From Mobula hypostoma (lineage: Eukaryota): a DNA stretch of 64,000 bases. A program made the position numbers and the translations under genes. The stretch covers positions 53,632,001 through 53,696,000 of the forward strand of contig NC_086097.1 in the NCBI RefSeq assembly GCF_963921235.1. Direction: 5' to 3'. Below the pieces are notes generated by a model, which made no database searches, was not told where the DNA came from, and saw only the letters and a list, made by a program, of their open reading frames with translations. The stretch's first letter is position 1; the number at the start of each line of letters is the position of its first letter. This document shows positions 11,759 through 24,147 of the stretch, piece by piece.

Positions 11759-12796
11759 TTATTGTCGCCAAACCATTGGTACTAGAACGTACAATCATCA
11801 CAGCGATATTTGATTCTGTGCTTCACACTCCCTGGATTACAAATATTATTAGAAATAGTTAAAATTAGTAAATATTAAAAATTTAAATTATAAATCACAA
11901 ATAGATAATAGAAAATGGAAAGTAAGGTAGTGCAAAAGAACTGAGAGGCAGGTCCGGATATTTAGTGGGTACGGCCCAGATCCGAGTCAGAATCCGTTCA
12001 GCAGTCTTATCACAGTTCGAAAGAAGCTGTTCCCAAATCTGGCCGTACAAGTCTTCAAGCTCCTGAGCCTTCTCCCGGAGGGAAGAGGGACAAAAAGTGT
12101 GGTGGGTCATGTCCTTGATTATCCTGGCAGCACTGCTCCGATGCGTGCGGTGTAAAGAGAGTCCACAGACGGAAGATTGGTTTGTGTGATGTGCTGGGCT
12201 GTGTTCACGATCTTCTGCAGCTTCTTCCGGTCTTGGACAGGACAACTTCCATACCAGGTTGTGATGCACCCCAGAAGAATGCTTTCTACGGTGCATCTAT
12301 AAAAATTAGTGAGGGTTTTAGGGGACAGGCCAAATTTCTTTAGTTTTCTCAGGAAGAAAAGGTGCTGGTGGGCCTTCTTGGCAGTGAACTCTGCTTGGTT
12401 GGACCAAGTCAGGTCATTTGTGATATTGACCCTGAGGAACTTAAAGCTTTTGACCTGTTCCACTTGCGCACCACCGATGTAAATTGGGTCATGCGGTCTG
12501 CTACTCCTTCTGAAGTCAACAACCAATTCCTTCGTCTTGCTGACGTTGAGGGATAGGTTATTGTCTTCGCACCATGCCACCAGGTTCTTAATTTCCTCTC
12601 TGTACTCAAACTCATCATTACCCGAGATACGACCTACAATTGTTGTGTCATCAGCAAACTTTTATATATTGAGTTTGATGGAAACTTGGCTGCACAATCA
12701 TGGGTGTACAGTGAGTACAGCAGGGGGCTGAGTACACAGCCTTGTGGGGCACCGGTGCGCAGAGTGATTGTAGAGGAGAGCTTGTCCCCTATTTTT
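11759..12796 (-). mobile_element. Rex1/Babar LINE, 5'-truncated
   Basis: Reads TGAPQGCVLSPLLYSLYTHDC, WCEDNNLSLNVSKTKELVVDFRR and FYRCTVESILLGCITTWYG. Imperfect flanking repeat ATAGTATA.TTT(A)ATACT at 11742 and 12797. Confidence 0.88.
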
Positions 12797-12954
12797 ATAG
12801 TATAGTTTAATACTCCAGGCAAGCATATCTCCAGGGAATATCTTTATTTTAATATTCCATCGACAAGGGTGAAAACATTGCCGAGACTAGTTTGAGGCCT
12901 TTTAAAGATCAGCTTCACATTTCTACATTCAGAAGTAGGTATGCAAGTAAGCTG

Positions 12955-13515
12955 GAGTCAGAATCAAGTTTAATATCACTGACACGCTGTGAAATTTGTT
13001 GGGTTTTTTTTTGCCAGTGGAGTGCAATACATAACGCTTTTTAAAAACTACAAATTACAAGAACAAAATATGTAAAAAAAAATTAAATTAGATAAGGAGA
13101 TGCAAAAAAAAAGTAAAATAGTGAGATGGTGTACAGGAGGTCATTGCCCATTCAGAGCTCTGATGGCAGAGGGAAGGAAGGTGTTCCTAGAATATAGTGT
13201 GGGTGCCTGCAGGCTCCTTTACCTCCTCTTTGATGATAGCAATGAGAAGAGGGCATGTCCTGGGTGTTGGGAAGCCATACTGATGGATGCCATCTTTTTG
13301 AAGCAGAGCCTTATGAAGATATCCTCTCTACTTGGGAGGCTAGTGCCCATGAAGCAACTTCCTGCAGCTTTTTTTCGATCCTTTACCGTGCCCCCTCCAT
13401 ACTAGGCGGTGACGCAATCAGTTAGGATGCGCTTTAAAGTACATCTGTAGAAATTGGTCAGAGATTTTGGAGACATAATAAATCTCCTCAAACTCCTAAT
13501 GAAATATAGCTGCTG
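12955..13515 (-). mobile_element. Rex1/Babar LINE 3' fragment
   Basis: Same C-terminal and 3' UTR motifs as 11759-12796, more decayed. Confidence 0.7.
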
Positions 13516-14754
13516 TATTAATTATGGTTGTATAGCCATAGAAATACAGCCATTCTATCCAGTAAACCTGTTCCAGTATTCAATGGGAGAACAAGTTATT
13601 TAAATTCAGTACAGATGACATTTGTGCTACGGCTGTCTGGGTAACAAAAATTCAGCATTATGGAATTCACAAACTTCTACCCAAAAATGCAAGAAATAGA
13701 ATAAAATTTACTCCTATACTGTATTATTCTTTTACTCTATTTCACTTAAGTTCACAAATTTTATTTTCAACTCCTGTTTCTTGACCCATGTGCCGAAGAC
13801 ATGACTTTGCTTTTGCTAAAATCGTGATGTGGACTATTCTTTAGGAATGCAATTTCCACATTGTGTGAGGGTTACCTGTACACTATTCCTGCTTTCTCCC
13901 CATACTGCTTGATCTCTTAAGCCTTTTGAACATTGTCTGAGGTTTTGTATATATTCAATTATTTTGACTCAACCGTTTTCTGTGGTACAGAATGTTACAA
14001 GCTCACTATACTTTGGTGAAGTAATTTCTTTTCACCTTAGTTGTAAGAGTTTTACCCCATATCTTTAGGCTGTAATTCTTTGTTACGGATTTCACCACCA
14101 TCAACAACATTCTTCCTGCTCCTTAATCCATCTATCTCTTCAGAATTTTTATAAATGACAATGACGTCTGCTTCCAATAACATAAACCCAAATGCCCTTG
14201 TCCCTCTTCATATGCAAATCCTGCCATCTCATCTATCAATCTGGTGAACTTCCCTACACTCCCTCAATAGCCAGAATATCATTCCTCAGATGAAGAGACC
14301 AAAACACGACACAAAATGCAACATTCCATTAAGACCCGATATTAGATATGGTTTCTTCCAGAACAAATTGGAAATCTACTTCAGGACCATCTTTGATTCA
14401 ATAGTATTCTTTGCTGTTCTTCAAGGGATCAGGCACTGTGATCTTTTCTGATATATGACTAGTCCTAAGCCCACTTCCTAGAACTGAATCAAATACAAAA
14501 CAAAGTTAGACGGCATTGCCAACATCAGCACATCTCTTCCTGATGAGCTTAACACATTCTATATATGTCTTGAACTGAAGCGAATGGATATGTCACCACC
14601 TACCCTGAGTGCACCTCTAGTGCACTGAACCCACAGTCATGTAATGGATGCAAGGGCAATCTTTTGGAGAGTGAACCCATGCCAAATGCTGGCCCACATG
14701 GAATCCTGGGCCATGTCCTTAAATCTTAGAAAGTAAACCATGCTGACTTTAGAC

Positions 14755-17560
14755 TACTTTATCCTGTGCCTCGAAGTACTTCAGCTCTAATAATGGACAC
14801 CAGCATCTTCCCAACCACTGAAATCAGGCTAACTGTGCTATAATTTCCTTCCTTCTGCTTTCCTCTCTTCTTAAAGAGTGGAGTAACATTTGCAATTTTC
14901 CAGTCTTCTGGAACCACTCCAGAATCTATTGATTCTTGAAAGATCATTACTAATGCCTCCATAATCTCATCAGCCACCTCTTTCAGAACTTTTCAAGCAC
15001 CTTTTCCTTAGTAATAGCAATTACACTAAATTCTGTTCACTGACGTTCTCGAATTTCGGGCACACTACTAGTACCTATCTGCCACAGTGAAGACTGAAGA
15101 AAAATACTTATTAAGTTTGTCTGCCATTTCTTTGACCACCATTACTACATCTCTGGCATTGTTTTCCAGCAGTCTAATATCCACTCTTGCCCCTCCTTTA
15201 CTCTTGATATATCTGAAAAATCTTTTGGTATCCCCCTTTTATATTATTGGCTAGCTTACCTTCATATTTCATTTATTCTCTCAGTTTTTTTATTTGCCCT
15301 CAATTAGTGTTTAAAAGCTTCCCAATCCTCTAACTTCCAACTAGTTTTTTTTTGCTATGTTATATGCCTTCTCTTTTGCTTTTATGTGCTCTTCATTGCT
15401 TTTATGTTGTCTTTCATTTCCCTTGTCATCCTTCCCTTAGAATACTTCTTCATCTTTGGGATGCATCTATCCTGCACCCAGTTGTATACAGACCTCTGAG
15501 CAATGTATATCCCACGTCCTGGCTACTGTTCAGAGGCCTGTATACAATTGCCTTCAGAAACCCCAGCCATTGCTGTTCTGCCGACATCTTTACTAGTGTC
15601 CCCTTACAACAACTTTGGCCGGTTCCTCTTTTATGCATCTCCAATTCCTTTACTCCACTGTAATACTGATACATCTGACTTTATCTTCTCCCTCTCAAAC
15701 TGCAGGATGAATTCTATCATATTATGATGACTGAGTTCCTTTACCTCAAGCTCCCCAAGCAAATCAGGTTCATTATGTAACCCACAGTCCAGAATTGCCT
15801 TTTCCCTAGTGGGCTCTACCACAGGCTACTCTAAAAAATAAATTGGTAGGCATTCTATAAATTCTCTCTTGGAATCTAGCACTAACCTTATTTTCCCAAT
15901 CTACCAGTAAATTGATATCCTCCATGACCATCACAACATTGCCCTTTTTACATGTCTTTTACATCTCCCATTGTAATTTATATCCCACATCCTGGCTGCT
16001 GTTCAGGGGCTTGTATACAATTTCCATTAGGGTCTTTTTAGCCATGTATTTCTTACCGCTACCCACAAGGATTCTACACCTTCCAATCCTATGCACCCCC
16101 CGCCCCTTCTAAGGATTTGATATATATTTTTTTTAAAACCAACAGAGCCACGCCACCCCCTCTGCCCATCTACCTGCCCTTTAGATATAGTGTGTATCCG
16201 GATGTTTAGCTCCCAACTATGATCTCCTTTCAACCACAACTCAGTGATGCCCAGGATGTCATACCCAACAATTGCTAACTGCACAAGACCTTATTCTGCA
16301 TACTGCATGCATTCAACTATAACACCTTCAGTCCTGTATTCATCACTCTTTTCGATTTTACCCCCATGTTCTACTTCAACACATCCTACTGACTGCAATT
16401 TGCCCCATCATCTGCCTGTTCTTCCTCACAGTGTCACCAAAACAGTTTAAAGTCTCCTCAACTGATCTACAAAACCAGCCTGCAAGGACATTGGTGCCCC
16501 TTGGGTTCAGGTGTAACTTATCCTTTTTGTGCAGGCCATGCCTTTCCCTGAAGAGATCCAGATGATCCAGAAATCTGAAACCCTGCCTCCTGCACCACCT
16601 CCTCAGCCATTCATTCATCTGTACTATCATTGTATTCCTGCCCTGACTAGCACGTGGTATTAGGAGTAATTCAGAGGTTGCTACCTTTGTGGTCCTAATC
16701 TTGAACCTTTTCCATAACTCCCCCTTAGGACCTTTTCCCCATTTCTACCTATAGCATTTGTGCCAATGTGCTCCGCAACTTCTAGAAACAGTTCTGAAAC
16801 ATCCTGGACCCTGGCACCTCAGAGGCAACACCATCCCGGTTTCTCTTTGGGGCCACTGAATCTCCTGTCTATCCCCCTAACTATCAAGTTTCCTAGCACT
16901 ATTGCTCTGCCTGACTTTACCCTTTCCTGCGAGTCGCAGAGCTAGGCAGTGCCACTGGCCTGGCTGCTACTGCTGTGCCCTGATAGGTCATTCCCCTCTC
17001 CCCCCACACAGGAGCATTAAAAGATGTATAATAGTTGTTGAGGGGAATACCAACAGGGGACTACTTTGTCCCCTTAATTCTCCTAGTGGTCACTCATCTG
17101 CTATCTGAGGCTGCACTCTGGATATGACCACTTCAGTAAAAGATTTCAGCCTCCTGGATGGTCCCCAAGTACAGTACATCTAGCTTCACCTCCTGTTCCT
17201 TCACCTTATCAATCAGGAGCTGCTTGGATTTACTTCCTGCAGATGTAGTCGTCAAGGAGACTGTTAGGTACCCTGCAATCCCACAGCATACAGGAGAAGC
17301 ATTGCACTGCCTTAACTACCATCCTTCCTAGACTCGTTATACCTCTAACTTCTTAAACTTAAGCTCCAGCTCCAGCCTGCACCTGTTCTTGTTTAAGCCT
17401 GTTGAGCCCAAAGCCTGGCCACTCTAACACTGTCCACTCCAACAATAGCTGCTCCTCTTACACCACTTCTTTTTATTGGCCACTGCCAAATCCCCAAGAG
17501 ATCATTAGAATTGCAGCCTGCCAATAAGTTCCAAAAAGCCCCGAGCTCTTTTTAAACCTC
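14755..17560 (-). mobile_element. CR1 LINE, 5' portion (5' UTR, ORF1 zinc finger plus SGNH esterase, ORF2 endonuclease to early RT), decayed
   Basis: The ORF1 end reads NEWLRRWCRRQGFRFLDH...DKLHLNPRGTNVLAG. The endonuclease reads YDILGITELWL and VEPTREKAILD, followed by VPEDWKIANVTPLFKK. Confidence 0.85.
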
Positions 17561-17649
17561 ATGCTGACTCAGCAACGAACGATTTCTCCTGATGATCACA
17601 GCCCACAGAAAAGAAGACCAGTATCATCCCAATACATAAAGAAAAAAAA

Positions 17650-18800
17650 ATCACCTTTGGAGCATCTGTACAGTAAAAACACCCATGTAGAACTATTGAT
17701 TATTGATCACAGCTTTGCCTTCAATACTGTAATTCCAAGCAAACTCATCACCAAAATCCAGACCCCGGGAGTCAGCGCCTCCCTCTAGAGCTGGATCCTT
17801 GACTTCCTGACCAACAGACTGCACTAAGGATAGGCAAAGCACCTCCATCACTATTATTCTAAACACTGAGGCTTCACAAGGTTGCATCCTCAGCCCCTAC
17901 TCTACTGCCTATAGACTCAAATATTTGACCAGATTTTGCTCTAACTCCATTGCAAGTTTGCAGATGATACAAATGTAGTGGGCTGTATCTCAAATAATGA
18001 CGTGTTCGCGTACAGAAAGGAGATAGAGAGTGTAGTGTCATGACAACAACCTTTCCCTCAATTTTTGCAAAACACAAGAGCTGCTCATTCACTTCAAGAG
18101 GGGGTGGTGCACTGGTGCACTTGCTCCTGTCTTCATCAATGATGCTGATGTTGGAAGGGTTGAGAGTTATAAGTTCCAAATGAGTGAACATTACCTGCCT
18201 GTTTTGGTCCAACCACATAGATGCCACAGTTAAGGAAGCTACCAATACTTCTACTTCCTCTCTAGACTAAAGAATTTTGGCATATACACTTTGACCCTCA
18301 CCATAATTTTTGATGCACTATAGAAAGCATCATATCTGGATGCATAACAGCTTGGTATGGCAACTGCTCTGCAGAGAATTTTGAACATAACCCAGCACAT
18401 GATGTCAAACAGCCTCCCCTCTATGGACTCTGTCCACATTTCTTAATGTCTCAGCAAAGCAGCCAGCATAACAAAGACCCATGCACCTCGGACATTCCCC
18501 TTTCACCTCTCATCCATTGAGCAGACCCTGAAAGCTTACACAAACAAGCTCAAGGATAGTTTCTACCCACTGTTTTAAGACTACTGAATGTTTCGCTGGC
18601 ATGATAAGATGGAAAATTGACCTCATCATCTTCCTCATTATGATCTTGCACCTTATTTTTTTAACTGCATTGCACTTTCTCTGTATTTGTTACACTTTAT
18701 TCTGAATTTGTTATTCCCTAACCTTATTCTACCTTATAAACTTTATGCAAGACAGGCTTTTGAATGCTTCTTGGAACATGTGAAAATAATAAGCCAATTT
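17650..18800 (+). mobile_element. Rex1/Babar LINE fragment, decayed
   Basis: Reads LLIIDHSFAFNTVIPSKLITK. The FADD region is TTTGCAGATGATAC at about 17957, followed by the 3' UTR. Confidence 0.8.
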
Positions 18801-19987
18801 CAATACTATTTCCAAATCACACAAGCGGCATTAAAATGCAATGCTAGCCAATCACTAGCTTTCATGAGATGAAGCTATAGAAGAGGAACTAGGATTTTAA
18901 AAAATATTTCTTCCTTAGGAAAATCTTAAAGAGCAAAAAACCAAGTTTTAGAAAATAAATATTTTTGAAAACAAAAAGTTTTCTTGATGTCTTCTGATGA
19001 ATGGAATCAAGATTTTTTTTGGTTTTCATTATTGGATCTTAATTGCAGAGATGCAAGCCATCATTGGCTTTAGTTATCTATGTACATTTGGTATTGAAAG
19101 GAACTTGTTTCTACACAACACTTTTGCCAGATACAAGTCTTCATTTTCTGCTGGAGATGGTCCAAAATTTCTTTGCGTCGTCATGAAAATTGGTAGTTTT
19201 CCTGTGAGTATACTGGCAATCTTGAAAATGCCTTATGAAGCATATTGAATGTCGAAGCCAAATTGGAACAGGTCAAAAAGTAGAATATTTAAAATATTTT
19301 CACTCTAATTTAAAACAATTCTGTTTGATTTTAAAGAAATTTTTCAAAGTGACAAAACATAATAGACCTTTTGACTTCCTTAACATTCTTCTGTTTTTGA
19401 AGCCAACAAACTCCTAATGCAAACCTTAAAGAAACAAAACCTATGGTTTCTACGAAGAGATATTGTTTTGCTGAGTCCTGCTTATCTTGTGCAGAAAAAC
19501 ATGCTGAACGCTGGAACAAGTATGTGCCATATCCAGCTGTTTAAACAGTGATTAATTAAAGCGATTCAGTTTGGAAAGTAATATCCCCTGACAGACTGCA
19601 ACTATTTCTTCTGCACATCCAAGAACAGATACAGCAATTTTGTGGTATTCTGTGCCCAAGAGGTAAGGAAATGGTACGCTGCTGGGATACCTGGGATTTT
19701 GCACAAAACCACTTGCTGCACTTCGTTTGTGAATGGGGAAAATGACTGGAGAGATCGAGTGCCTTCAGAATTTAAAATGGTCAGATTTCAAGTCCAAGCA
19801 TCATACCAGAACTGCACTCAGCTCATCCTTCATTAAGCAAGGAGCAATTCATAGAAGGGTTTAAATTCACCCAGGGACAGAGAAATTCCTGGAGATTTTA
19901 ATATGTAACAGAATCAGATTTTTTTTATAGTGCAAAGGAAGACATTCAGCCCTTTTCTTTTCTGCTGGTTCTCTGAAAGTTTTCTCA

Positions 19988-20366
19988 TATCAAAGTTCAA
20001 AGTAAATTTACTTTCAGAGTACATACGGCATGTCATCAAATTTGTTTTCTTGCAGGCATTCACAGTAGAACAAAGAAATATAATGAAGTCAGTGGAAAAC
20101 TACACACAAAGCCTGACAAATCGTAACTGCAAAAGAACTAAGTAACTAGTAATTAATTAATTAAATCGATAACACAAGTTGTAGAATCTTTGAAAGAAAG
20201 TCTAGAGGTTGTGTTCACTGATCAGTTCAGTGTCATGGTGACTTGCTCAGGATACTAATGGTTGAATGTCAATAATAGTTCCTGAACCTGATGGTACGGG
20301 ACCTGTACCTTCTTCTTGATGGTAGCAGCAAGAAGCGAGTATGGCCAGGAAGGTGGGTGTCCTTGA
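19988..20366 (-). mobile_element. Rex1/Babar 3' end
   Basis: Tail TCAAAGTTCAAAGTAAATTTA and the reverse of the C-terminal KDTHLPGHTRFLLLPSRR motif. Confidence 0.65.
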
Positions 20367-20384
20367 TTTAATTCTGCAATTCAT

Positions 20385-20648
20385 TCATTTATTCATTTCA
20401 TTGTATTGAGAGACAGCATGGAATAGGCCCTTCCGACCCTTTGAGCCACACTAAGCCTAATCACAGGACAATTTATAATAACCAATTAGCCTACTAACCA
20501 GTACGTCTTTGGGCTGTAGTTTGACTGGAGGAAACTCACGCAGTCACGGGGAGAAGGTACAAACTCCTTACAGGCAGCAGCGGGAATTGAACTTGGGTCA
20601 CCTGTACTGTAAAGTGTTATGCTAACCGCCACACTACCATACCACCCA
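20385..20648 (-). mobile_element. tRNA-derived V-SINE
   Basis: Same family as 2183-2454, with an (ATTC)n-type tail. Confidence 0.75.
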
Positions 20649-21689
20649 GGAGTCCCCTACAATCCTGCAAACTGATGATATTCAAGTAGATGTCCAACTT
20701 CCTTTTGAAAGCTCCAATGGAATCTGCTGCTTCTACTAAAAATATTAATTTAAATCCATACTGACCATTCCATTTGTACAAGTTATTTTGAGATTTTATG
20801 AAATGATAAACATCTGTTCATAAATCACTAACTCTACTAGAAATTAGAAATGTATTGAGACAAAGTTAGTTCCAAGGGGAATGTTTTCAAAGGATTTAAA
20901 TAGTAGCTAAGGCAGGCAGTCAATTTATTACAATTTTTATGTGACCCAGAACTATTTTAAATAGAGGAGAAACCTAATTTAATAACTTCTAATAAATAAT
21001 AGGAAGAGGTGAAGACAGGTATGATTTAAATTTTATGACATGAGCATGATACATTTCAGCAAATTCTTGAAAAATAATGACATTTTTGTTTTAGCAATAA
21101 AGAGTCTCAAAATCACTCAGGCTGAACTGATCATCATGATATCAGGACATCGATAGCAGACATATTCAATAACATGCTAGGATAATATCATTGAAGTTAG
21201 GCAGCAAGAATGAACATTAAAAAGTGATTTTAGAAATAACCAATGATAATATACAGTAGATACACCATGAGTTGTGACTCAGGAGCTGCTGGAGAATTCA
21301 GAACAATGCTGGATGTGTAAATTTTGTCAAAATAGGTGTAGATCTTTAACTTCCCAATGTTACCAATCAAGTCATCACTGAAAATTAGAGGTTAAATTAT
21401 ATATCATTTTAATCATCTTTAGTACATTATTATCTATGAGGATAGTGTGACACAGGGAAAAGCATGCAATTACAGGATTTTGATGATAGATAGCAAATAA
21501 ATATGCCAGAATGACTTCGGGTTGATCATTCTAGTTCAAATAAGTTTTTAAATTGTGATCATTTTAACTACTATGCAAACAATTATTCTAGTTTTCACCA
21601 TTGACATTTTCAGAAGCATCAACCTTCAGGATTTAGCAATTGCAGATTGTTATATTAAATATGGATTGCTTTTAATGCATATTTGCTGC

Positions 21690-22115
21690 ATTGAAAACTG
21701 TCTGGTATGGAGGGGCCACTACATAGGATCAGAATAAGCTGCAGAGAGTTGCAAACTCAGACAACTCAAACATGGGTACCAGCCTCCTCAGCATAGGGGA
21801 TATCTTCACATCCATCATTAAGGATCCCCACCACCCAGGATACGTTACTACCATCAGGGAGGAGGTACAGGAACTTAAAGACACACACTCAACGTTTCAG
21901 GAACCGCTTCTTCCCTTCCTCCATCAGAATTCTGAATGGGCATTGAACCCATGAACACTATCTCACTATTTTCCCCCTCGGTTGTTTCACTACTTATCTA
22001 ATTTAATATGTATATTTTTATTGTAATTTATAGTTTTTTGTTATGTATTGCATGTACTGCTGCCGCAAAACAACATATTTCACGACATATGCCAATGATA
22101 TTAAAACTGATTCTG
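21690..22115 (+). mobile_element. Rex1/Babar 3' fragment
   Basis: SIIKDPHHPG motif and a 3' UTR ending ...GATATTAAAACTGATTCTGA. Confidence 0.7.
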
Positions 22116-22789
22116 AAAATTAAAAGGGAAGAAGTTAAATATATAATTATATATCCAATTAGCATTTCCTGTATGACTCTTTAAACTCTCTCTGCTGGTA
22201 ATGCACAGGCTTACTGGTGGTAGTAGCCCTCGGATCTTGGTCTGTACAGAGCTATACTGTACTCTCTACATGCTTGTTCCAGATGGGAAGTTTATTGTGA
22301 ACACTTAAAGGAGGCCCCAATGGTTAAAATTGCCATTGACTCCGGCTGTGCCTAGCAAAAGAAAAATTAACTCACAAGTGTGGTTTTCTATTGGAAACTT
22401 GATCCAACTTAAAGTCTGCTTGATTATCTACACCAATGTAGTAGAGTTTTGTTGTTTAATTACAACAAGCTTGGATTTGTTCAGATATCAGGGGTTAAAC
22501 CACACCCAGAGATTCATTGGCCCATTTAAAACAAGAGCAACAAGTTACATTAATGCACCTTTAAATAAGTCAAGGTATTACATCCACAGAAGTCTGACCA
22601 AATAAACTTAAAAACTGAGAAGCAACAAGAAATATTTGTTGCAATTTTCATAATGTATGCAATTAAACATACAATCTCCCCTGAAATGACTTCTCACTTT
22701 AAATACCTCTTCAAACTCTTTCTACTAAGAATATGGTCTAGGGCTCACTAGATTCTCTTATTGAACAGCTTCATGTTTTAAGGGATAAG

Positions 22790-22975
22790 AGAAAACACTA
22801 GAAGTACTCAATAGGTTTGACAGTAGAAAGATAAATAGAGTTAATGTTTCAGGTCAAAGAATCTTTATTGGTTCTGGCTTAACTCTGTGTCTCCTGTTGC
22901 AGATGCTGTCAGACCTACTGTGTTTTCCCAGCATCTTCTCTTTCTATTTTACATTTCCAACATTTGCAGTTGTTT
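22790..22975. mobile_element. Old, decayed fold-back Penelope pLTR pair
   Basis: The minus arm (…AGAGTTAATGTTTCAGGTC…) is followed by a plus arm (TTAACTCTG…GCAGATGCTG…CCAGCATC…TCCAACATTTGCAG). Confidence 0.5.
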
Positions 22976-23240
22976 TTGTAATATCCATATTTTAGGAGAT
23001 TTGCTATGCCTGGAATTTTTACATATGACAAGATTAAACCTTCCATTTTACAATTCCATTGCCAAGAACATAGTGATAGAACTACAGGATATAGCCGACA
23101 GGTTTAGTCTATTGGGGGGGTCAACATTTGCCAAATGCCCTTCTTTGTATTATTGTAAATAATATTCAATGAAAGGAGAGAACAAGAACACAAAAAAAGA
23201 GGAACGGTCCCTCAGACCTACCTTAATATGATCGCAAATC

Positions 23241-24147
23241 TTGTCTCCCTTTCTCTTCACCATTTACACCTCGGACTTCAACTACTGCACAGAGTCTTGT
23301 CATCTTCAGAAGTTTTCGGATGACTCTGCCATAGTTGGATGCATCAGCAAGGGAGATGAGGCTGAGTACAGGGCTACGGTAGGAAACTTTGTCACATGGT
23401 GTGAGCAGAATTATCTGCAGCTTAATGTGAAAAAGACTAAGGAGCTGGTGGTAGACCTGAGGACAGCTAAGGTACCGGTGACCCCTGTTTCCATCCAGGG
23501 GGTCAGTGTGGACATGGTGGAGGATTACAAATACCTGGGGATACGAATTGACAATAAACTGGACTGGTCTAAGAACACTGAGGCTGTCTACAAGAAGGGT
23601 CAGAGCCGTCTCTATTTCCTGAGGAGACTGAGGTCCTTTAACATCTGCCGGACAACAATGAGGATGTTCTACGAGTCTGTGGTGACCAGTGCTATCATGT
23701 TTGCTGTAGGGTAGCAGACACCAACAGAATCAACAAACTCATTCGTAAGGCCAGTGATGCTGTGGGGATGGAACTGGACTGTCTGATGGTGGTGTCTGAA
23801 AAGAGGATGCTGTCTAAGTTGCATGCCATCTTGGTCAATGTCTCCCATCCACTCCATAATGTACTGGGTGGGCACAGGAGTACATTCAGCCAGAAACTCA
23901 TTCCACCGAGATGTAGCACAGAGCGTCATAGGAAGTCATTCCTGCCTGTGGCCATCAAACTTTACAACTCCTCCCTTGGAGGGTCAGACACCCTGAGCCA
24001 ATAGGCTGGTCCTGGACTTATTTCATAATTTACTGGCATAATTTACATATTACTATTTAACTATTTATGGTTCTATTACTATTATTTATGGTGCAACTGT
24101 AACAAAAACCAATTTCCCCCGGGGATCAATAAAGTATGACTATGACT
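23241..24147 (+). mobile_element. Rex1/Babar LINE, 5'-truncated, fairly young, inserted in an old minus-strand CR1 3' remnant (about 23180-24560)
   Basis: Reads SPFLFTIYTSDF...QKFSDDSAIVG...WCEQNYLQLNVKKTKELVVD...LYFLRRLRSFN, with an internal deletion near 23710. Tail AATAAAGTATGACTATGACT. Confidence 0.9.
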